Shown here: positions 56,068-64,000 of the stretch, one piece after another
Position numbering within the stretch: the first letter of the stretch is position 1
How the letters are laid out: every line of letters begins with the position of its first letter
Assembly (NCBI RefSeq): GCF_009914755.1
Contig: NC_060937.1
From: the human T2T-CHM13v2.0 reference genome, Homo sapiens
Length of the DNA: 64,000 bases
Reading direction: 5' to 3' (one strand)
Made by a program: the position numbers and the translations under genes
Notes under the pieces: model-generated
The model's input: only the letters and a program-made list of their open reading frames with translations
Databases searched by the model: none
Told to the model about the DNA's origin: nothing

Positions 56068-58242
56068 ATAGCAAACTCATGCAGTGGCCTGTTGATACAT
56101 AAAATAAAAGGTGAGACCAACTCAGACTGTTTTGCTTCTGATAAACATTCTGCGACTCAAGGCCACAGGAGGAAAAACATTGATGGTATGATCCACTGTG
56201 TCTTGTAATAAAATGCTACTCCATGTCTGCAAGTAACGGAGTTTTCAGTTTACTGTCTTCTTGGCACGGCAGTCTGATATTCATCATAAACCCTGTTCTT
56301 ATCTGAGGCTAAGAATCTGAGAAAAACTAATACTGACAATACTCAAATTAACTGGTATGGAATTCCCTAAAGTATGCATAGAATTATTGGAATGTTTGTC
56401 TCTTTATAGACACTCAAGCAGCCACACTTAAAAGACTGATATGTTATAGAAATTATTGCAGGTGCCAATTATCCACAGTGACAAATCATTGTACTTCCTG
56501 GACCCAGGCTAAATAACCTCCCTATATCCCATTAAAAAAAATCAGAATCATCTGTGATTTTCATTCAGTCTGAATGTATACATACTGGTAAGTAGACAAC
56601 ACCTTAATAGCAAGCACAGTACTTAGATAAGCCAGGTAGGCAAAAAATTTAAAGTTGTCCCCAAATCACCTAAATCCAAGTGAAAAGGAAAAACATGCTT
56701 TGAAGTCAGATTTGTGCTGAAATCTTCATTCAACTAATTGTGAGATATGTGATATTGCGCTGGGTTGCTCATAACTATCTCTGAGCATCCATTTCTCATT
56801 ATAAAACAGTAGTAATAGCATCTACTGTCAGGAATGTTTGGATTTAGAACTAAGAAATATAATTCCTAGGATGTTTGATAAATGGTTGCCCCTATTTTGT
56901 TATAATAAGCTCTATCCAATGGAAATAGAAAAAGGAAATCAATTCCTGTAAAAAGAAAAAGTCAGTACAGAGGAGAGAGGCTGCAATTCTTGAGGTGAAA
57001 GTAAGCAATCCGTATGGATATGACATCCACACAGATTAAATTTGCACGGTGACTACCAGCCCCCCATATGACCTTTAGATACACAACCTCGATTTTCATC
57101 TTTCCATCCTCATCTGCTTTCCTCTGGCTTTCTCTCCTATAACATTCCCTTCTCACCTCCCCAACTCCAGCCACACTGGCCTCAATTTGGTACAACTTGT
57201 TAGTGACTTAAGAATACCCTTTACTTGCTTAGCACTAAATGGGAAAAATTCACAGGACCTCATTAGCTCGGAGAGTCCTGAGGCAATGGCAATGTTTCCA
57301 GGAAAGAAAACCATTCCCGTAGTCCCCATGCTTGCCAGGCAAACAGTCCGACAGATTTTGAAGAAAGAAGCATTTGGGATGTGCACTGTTAAAAATCAGG
57401 CTGTTCCTGAAAACAGCCACATTATATGCGTTCAGTTCCATGGAAGGATGTAATAAGAGCAGAGCCAGCCACTCAGTGAGGAGCAGATGGCTAACCTGAC
57501 AATTACCTCAATGAAAGGCAGTGCTTTCCACAAATCTCCCTCCTGCTTCTGTTTATTTCTTTTTCTGAACCAGAATATCAGAATGCAAATCTTGACTTTA
57601 AAAAAATACAAAGGAGAAACAAGAAATTGTATCTGAACTTCCAATTTTTGGTTTGGCTAGTTCTTTTTTCTTTCTATTTTTTTTTTTCTTTTAGCTGCCC
57701 AATGAGCATTGCGAGTTTTCTCACCAGGAGGCTTGAGGAGTGTGGGGTGGGAGGCACAGCTTTTGAGGATGCCCCCTGGTGCTCTGGGATAGGAACTGCT
57801 TCGGTTCAGACATCACTTTCTCTTCAGTATTTGGCATAAGGCCCACCATGTGTAAAGTGCTCATTCATTCAACATGTATTGAACACCTCAGGGTTAAGCT
57901 CTGTCTTAGTACATCTGACTCTGATGTGCTACAGAATGACACCACAGCCTTAGACACCTGCCCTCACAGCACTTACGATCTCCCAGGGACAACCAGTAAA
58001 TTGGTAATTACAAGAATGCTTAATAAATACTTTTCAGTTAAAATTTCTGTGTCCTTTAAGTAGGAATTTAGAAATTTACAATATATTCCTCCTTATTTCA
58101 ACTGCTGACAAAGTTATCAGAGTAGAAAATTTTTATCTACACAATGTAATTTTATGTCTCCATATAATATAAAGTATATTAAAATATCAGAAGTGAACTG
58201 TATTAGCTGAGACTGAGGCAAACAATTAAGGTGTACAAAAAC

Positions 58243-58567
58243 TGGCCAGCATGGTGGCTCATGCTTGTTAATCCCAGCACTTTGGGAGGCCAAAGCAGGA
58301 AGATCTTGAGGCCAGGAGTTCAAGACTAGCCTGGGCAACATAATGAGACCTCGTCTCTACAAAAAATTCAAGAAAATAAAAAAAATAACAAGTACCCAGG
58401 CATGGTGGCACATGCCTGTGGTCCCAGCTACTAGAGAGGCTAAGGTGGGAGGATTGCTTGAGCCGGAAAGGTCAAGGCTGTAATGAGCCATGATCACGCC
58501 ACTGCAATCCAGCCTGGATGACAGAGGAAGACCCTGTCTCCAAAAATAAATAAATAAATAAATAAAA
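58243..58567 (+). mobile_element. Alu (AluJ-like) with (TAAA)n tail
   Basis: TSD gtacaaaaact. Confidence 0.9.
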
Positions 58568-59445
58568 GTACAAAAACTGTCTTGTTAACTTCAAAGGGAA
58601 GAATGTCTGAATATCATACCTATAGCAATGCTAACTTCAAATTATCTTTAAAAAGATAGTAACTAAAGAAAACAAGATAGGCCGGCGTGGCTTTTCAACA
58701 TTAAAATATATGGACCTTGGCAAGATCCAGCTCCTTGAAGGTAAGTTAAGTCACCAGGCAGAAAAGAAGTGAATTCTCAATTCCAGGAACCTCCTTAGAG
58801 GTGCATTTTTTAACCTCCCTACATTTACATTTAGATACTCCTTCTATCTGACATCTTCAAAAGTTCTTTTTAATCTTGTAATCTCTTCAATGTCTAATAT
58901 AATCTTGTACATAATTGGCTGTATTATTTTAAAAAACATTTAAATACACAGTTTGTGAATTAAAAACAAATAAAAGAACAAAAATACAAAAATATTTTCA
59001 AAGTTTAGTATTTACATTAAAATAAGCTGAAACCCTCGTTCTCCTTTTACTACCTACTACGGTATAAAGAGCAAGCATGACTCAGTTATACCCACAAGTC
59101 CCACAGGCCAACATTCCAAGGAACTAACTGTGAAGGTATTTTCAAAAGAACTCACCACCACAAAAATTCCATCACTGGAAGGGATTTGATGGCATTACAA
59201 TGAGAAAGAGTTGGCTAAAATGAGGACAAACTGTTAGGATAGATACCAAGGGACCTGGGCAGGATTTTGGTGCTGCCATAGACAAAAACCCAGGAGCCCT
59301 TAGTTTAAGACAAATTCCCTTTAAGAATAAAAATTTAAATTTCAAAAAAAATTAAAATTTGAAGGGGGTCAAGCCCACTTATTTTATTGTTAATTCTGAA
59401 ACAAGATTGGTCTCTTCACATACTATGATATACTTTGATACATAC

Positions 59446-59535
59446 CTGAGAACAAGAGGAGATATCTTTAAAATTCTTTTCTAGCACAACTGATTTAGTG
59501 TCTGGACTGATAAGGTTAATCTCAAATCGCCCAAC
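59446..59535 (-). CDS. TBC1D4: TBC1D4 exon 3 (90 nt; [33 protein letters not shown] domain)
   Basis: tttttaag|GTT acceptor, CAG|gtatgt donor; manual translation continues the exon 2 frame. Confidence 0.96.
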
Positions 59536-60139
59536 CTTAAAAATAAAAGCATTCCAATTAATTTCAATTCATAAGGATCTAACATCTTACTTTATAACCA
59601 AATATTAAACTAATAATATAGATTCAAATGCAATATCCCAGATATATGTATTTCATATGTGCTTAAACATCTAATCCAACCAATATTTTTAACCCCAAAT
59701 ATCAGCTGCCTCAAAAATGTTTCTTTCCTCTGTCAAAAAACGTATGAAAATTAAGTTAGTCTTCAATTATTATAAGATACAAACAAATATTTTTCAGATT
59801 AGAAACAACTGTCTTTTTAAAAAATATGCAAACTTTCCTCACTTCATGATTTCTAAAAATAGTAATTTTAAAAAATAAGTTATAATCATACTTTCTTCTA
59901 AATGGTCAGCAAAAGGATGTATCTGTAATTGGGCTAATGAATTAAAATCTTTGAAAATAACCCATTCAGAAAAATTAACAACAAGGACTGTGACTAACTA
60001 AAAAAAGAACAAATCTGATAACCCCAAGAAAAGGGGAAATTCAGTTAATACATCACCAAAGACTAGAGAGGCTTTAATGACATACCTTGAGTTCATTAAA
60101 AACAAAACCACCACCAACAAAAAAGAAAAAATATGAACT

Positions 60140-60200
60140 TCCAGGGGTCAAGGCTGTAGTGAGCTGTGATCACACTGCTGCACTCCAGCCTGGATGACAG
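60140..60200 (+). mobile_element. Short Alu right-arm fragment
   Basis: gtcaaggctgtagtgagctgtgatcacactgctgcactccagcctggatgacag. Confidence 0.8.
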
Positions 60201-61025
60201 GGGTGTGTTTTTTTTTAATCAAGTAGTAATATATTCAATGCTACTTCTTGCCATCATTTTCAATTGTTGAAATGGGCATACTGAGCTCAGAAAGCAAATC
60301 TGATGCCTTCATGATATGGAGCCACATTTGTGTTCTGTGTGGGATTACTTCTGCAGGAGAACATCACATTTTCTCCTTAAGGCAAAATGTTTGTAAGTGT
60401 TGCCTCTTTACTCTGAATTTACTTTTGAAGCTGTACTTGTTCACCTACCAGTGTTTATGAAATCCTGCATTTGGGATGCTTTTTCTATAATAAAATATTA
60501 TCATTTGTGAAAAAAAGCCTCATGAACTTCCGATAAAGCAAACTTCTGATATTACACACCGGTACTATTTACCAAAATACTCCGGAATCTCCTTCTTAGG
60601 AAATCTTTAAAATAGGTTTAAAAAAGACAGTCACTCTTTTCTTTCCCCCCAAGGAAACTCAAATCTCACAAGCTGAGAATTAAAGACTCTCTACAGAGTA
60701 TTGTTAGGAATTAAGTTATTTTAAGCGGAACCTGACACCTTCTATACCCTGTACAACATTCAAAAATGTTTAGAATTAAGAATTATCTTTTATACCAATA
60801 CTACAGCTTGCATCAAATTATTTTAGTATCCAATTCAGTACATTTTTAGGCCAATGATGTTTCTTTAACGTCTTTTGGTGTGACAGCATAAATTGGTGTG
60901 TCCTCGACTCAAAATACAAATACAAGTCTCTGGAGTTTTTTCTTCTCTAGAAAAAAAGTCCCTTGTTTCTCCATGCCAAATCGCACTCTCTCAGATTCAT
61001 ATCTTTAAAGATTTACTTTCTACAA

Positions 61026-61322
61026 TTTTTTTGTTGTTGTTGAGATGGAGTCTCGCTCTGTCGCCCAGGCTCGAGTGCAGGGGGTCAATCTCAGCTCACT
61101 ACAACCTCCGACTCCCCAGTTCAAGCAATTCTCCCGCCTCAGCACCTGATTAGCTGGGATTACAGGCACGCCCCCACCACATCCGGCTAATTTTTGTTTT
61201 TTAATAGAGACGGGGTTTTGCCATGTTGGCCAGGCTGATCTGGAACTCCTGACCTCAAGTAATCCGCGTACCTTGGCCTCCCAAGGTGCCGGAATTACAG
61301 GCGTGAGCCCCCGCGCCGGGCC
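61026..61322 (-). mobile_element. Alu (AluS)
   Basis: Reverse-complement Alu; TSD tacaatttttt. Confidence 0.92.
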
Positions 61323-61668
61323 TACAATTTTTTTTTAAGCATTTATTTGAGAATCACCCCAAGGCAAATGCTGGTTATAGATTCTTATTCTCTCTACCAG
61401 GTGTCCAGGACGTTCTACGAATTGCTTCCTCCTCCCCTTCCTTCCCTACTCCCTTAATTCTTATACTCCACACTCCACGTCTGCCTCTCCCCCCTTCCCT
61501 ACTTTCCTCTGCACTCTTCCTCCACCTGCCTTATCTGCTTTGAAGGGGAAAACAAATAAAAGTTAGATTATTCGTTATATAGAGGTGGAGCTGGGAGGAA
61601 CTGGATGCCCAGCTACTTCCATCTGGCACCTTTTGGGGCAAGGGCAGACAGCGTCCGATCAGGTGTAC

Positions 61669-62250
61669 CTGGAAGAGCATGGTCCTGTTCTTCTCCGAGT
61701 CCGAGGGCTGGACGTGACTGGGTGCGCTCGCGTGTCTCCGTCGCGGCTGGGATTTCTGGCTGCCCTCGTGAACTCTCCGTTGCACGCCGGTGACACTGCT
61801 GCACCGAGACCGAAACTCCTGCTGCTCATCAAAGCCAGAATCTTCCAAAATCCGCTCAGGGAAGCAGACCCGAGAGCTGGTCAGGGCAGGCTGGCTGGCC
61901 CCGGCAGGTAAGCCAAGGTGGGTGTCGGTGCCGTCAGCCTCCTCCGGCAGGCAGTCTCCGGGGGACCCGGGCACCACCACCTCCAAGTCAGCCAGGTCCT
62001 CTCCTGGGTCCGGACCGCGCTGCTCGCCTTGGATCTTCAGGCGCTGCTGTTCGTGCAGGCTGAACTTCTCCATGCAGTCATCGATGAGGCTTGAGGGGGC
62101 CTTCTTGTGGGTCACGGTCACCTTTCCACAGTACAGGACTTCGAACTTCTGAGAGTTGTAAAAGGCGTCCTCATTATCTTTGCTGGGTTTGGCATCCTCT
62201 TTCATGGCCGCTTTAGATAATTGCCTTATGCTGCTAATAACATCAGGAAC
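61669..62250 (-). CDS. TBC1D4: TBC1D4/AS160 exon 2 (582 nt, ~aa 167-360; [10 protein letters not shown]...RTMLFQ; contains Akt-type sites RSRCSS318 and RRRHAS341)
   Basis: Overlaps ORF 61531..62205; acceptor ttcccccag|GTT at 62250, donor CAG|gtacac at 61669; protein recognised as AS160. Confidence 0.98.
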
Positions 62251-62639
62251 CTGGGGGAAAAAATTAAAACCCTGATTCTAGTTGAAAGTTTTGAGACAAT
62301 TTACATTTACCTAGCCCAATTATTACCACATGGAATGTATTTTCATCCTAAATAATATACAAAGTAATAGACACTACACGAGACAGAGCATACACTTACA
62401 TTATTTGACATAAATGACTTCAAGATAAAATTAAAATGTAATGAAAATTGAAATTGAATAGCAGGATTATATTTTCCCACTTTAAATGAGTCTCCCAGAA
62501 ACAAAACCATGAAACTATATAAGCCACTGCCAACCTATTATGTCATAATATGTCTTTTGATTGTGTTTAAAAGTTATTTGTGCCTCAGCTGAAAGGAACC
62601 AAAGTTCCAACCATGAGGACAAAATAACCTTTTTTGATG

Positions 62640-63497
62640 AGGAGATTAAAACCTAGACATCCCTCATCAGCATTAACTATCAGAGAAAATGCAAATTAAA
62701 ACCACAATAAGATACCACTATATACCTCTTAGAATGGCTAAGATAAAAAGAAGACTGCCAGCAAGGACATGGGAGCAACTGAACTCTCATACATTGTACA
62801 CAGACATATAAAATGACATACCACTCTAGAGGATGGTTTGGCAGTTTCTTAGGAGTTAAATATAGACCTACTTCATTACCTAGGCATTCCACTCCTAAAA
62901 ATTAAAAGACTGGAAAACATGTCCACACAAGAGCCTACAAACAAATATTCAAAGGCACTTTTGTCCCAATACCCTGTGAAAGGAAAATATCTTAGGCCCC
63001 CAAAATCACTAAGGAAAACTCAAGCTGAAAATTGCTTAGGGCAAACCTACCTCCTATCTATTCAAAGTCACCCCTCTGCTCACTGAGATAGATGCATATC
63101 TGATTGCCTCCTTTGGAAAGGTTAATCAGAAACTCAAAAGAATGTAACCATAGCACCTGTTTATGACCTAAAAACTCCCTCCCTGCTTTGAGTCTTCCTG
63201 CCTTTGCTTCAAATTGTCCCGCCTTTCCAGACGGATCCAAGGTACTTCTTACATATATTGACTGATGTCTCATGTCTGCCTGAAGTGTATAAAACCAAGC
63301 TGTGCCCTAACCACCCTGGGGACATGTCATCAGGACTTCCTGGGGCTATGTCACAGGTGCGCATCCTCAACCTTGGCAAAATACACTTTCTAAATTAACT
63401 GAGACCTGTCTCAGATTTTCTGGTTCACAACTCTAAAACTGAGAACAATCCAAACGTCCATCAGCAAGTGAAGAGATAAATAAAATGTGGTACATTC
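62640..63497 (+). mobile_element. Old L1M ORF2 3' fragment, interrupted by a MER4-family LTR
   Basis: atcagagaaaatgcaaattaaaaccacaataagatacca...caatccaaacgtccatcagca. Confidence 0.75.
62975..63429 (+). mobile_element. MER4-family (ERV1) solo LTR
   Basis: tgtgaaaggaaaatatctt.ggcccccaaaatcactaag...gagacctgtctcaga...ggttcaca; 4-bp flanks accc/actc. Confidence 0.82.
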
Positions 63498-63805
63498 TAT
63501 AAACCAAAAAGTATCTGAGACAGGTCTCAATCAGTTTAAAAGTTTATTTTGCCAAGGTTAAGGGCATGACCATGACACAGCCTCAGGAGGTTCTGAGAAC
63601 ATGTGCCCAAGGTGGTTGGGCTACAGCTTGGTTTTCTACATGTTAGGGAGACATGAGACATCAATCAGTATATGTAAGATGTACATTGGTTCGATCCACA
63701 AAGGTGGGAGAACTCAAAGGGGCAGGGTGGGGAGTGTGCATGGTTGGGGCGGTGCAGTTCCAGATCGTAGGTGGATTCAAAGATTTCCTGATTGGCAATT
63801 GGTTC
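63498..63805 (-). mobile_element. Second, partial MER4-family LTR in the opposite orientation
   Basis: tctgagacaggtctcaatc...ttgccaaggttaag...catgagacatcaatca...tgtaaga mirrors the 3' half of the first LTR. Confidence 0.78.
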
Positions 63806-64000
63806 CTAGAGTTTATCTCCTACTAAATTCCCTTCTACTCAGCTCCAGCCACAATGGCCTCCTTGCTATTTCTCCAACATACAAGGCACATTCCTCCCAC
63901 AAGGTCTCTGAGTTCAGAGATGTTAACAGTTTATTGCCACATCCATTTAATATTTTCGGACCACAGATGACCACAGGTGACTGAAACTGTGGATAAGGAG

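Noticed and set aside
61531-61668. Read-through of the exon 2 frame for 45 codons into intron 2
   Set aside because: No sign of a terminal exon; chance open frame after a valid donor
61585-62152. Antisense ORFs over exon 2
   Set aside because: Shadow ORFs of a GC-rich coding exon

Overview
Human (primate) genomic DNA lying entirely inside the TBC1D4 (AS160, Rab-GAP) gene, transcribed on the minus strand. I traced 15 GT-AG coding exons by hand (exons 2-16, 2413 nt in one frame, about aa 167-971): PTB2, the Akt/AMPK phosphosite cluster, the alternatively spliced exons 11+12, the calmodulin-binding helix and the start of the TBC domain. Exon 1 and exons 17 onward lie outside the window. The introns are ordinary and repeat-rich (about 20 Alus, L1, MaLR/MER4 LTRs, MIR/L2, MADE1, microsatellites). 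No prokaryotic system, tRNA, rRNA or CRISPR array is visible. The most interesting signals are: (1) a candidate 3-nt microexon (CAG|GAG|GTAAGG) in intron 14 flanked by RBFOX/UGC motifs; (2) a 142-bp inverted copy of nearby intron sequence inserted inside an Alu; (3) a ~120-bp direct copy of the exon 4 upstream region bounded by a 17-bp duplication; (4) a possible long-range RNA pairing around exons 11-12; (5) several unusual retrotransposition scars. Repeat subfamily calls and residue numbering rely on recalled consensus/reference sequences and were not checked by search.
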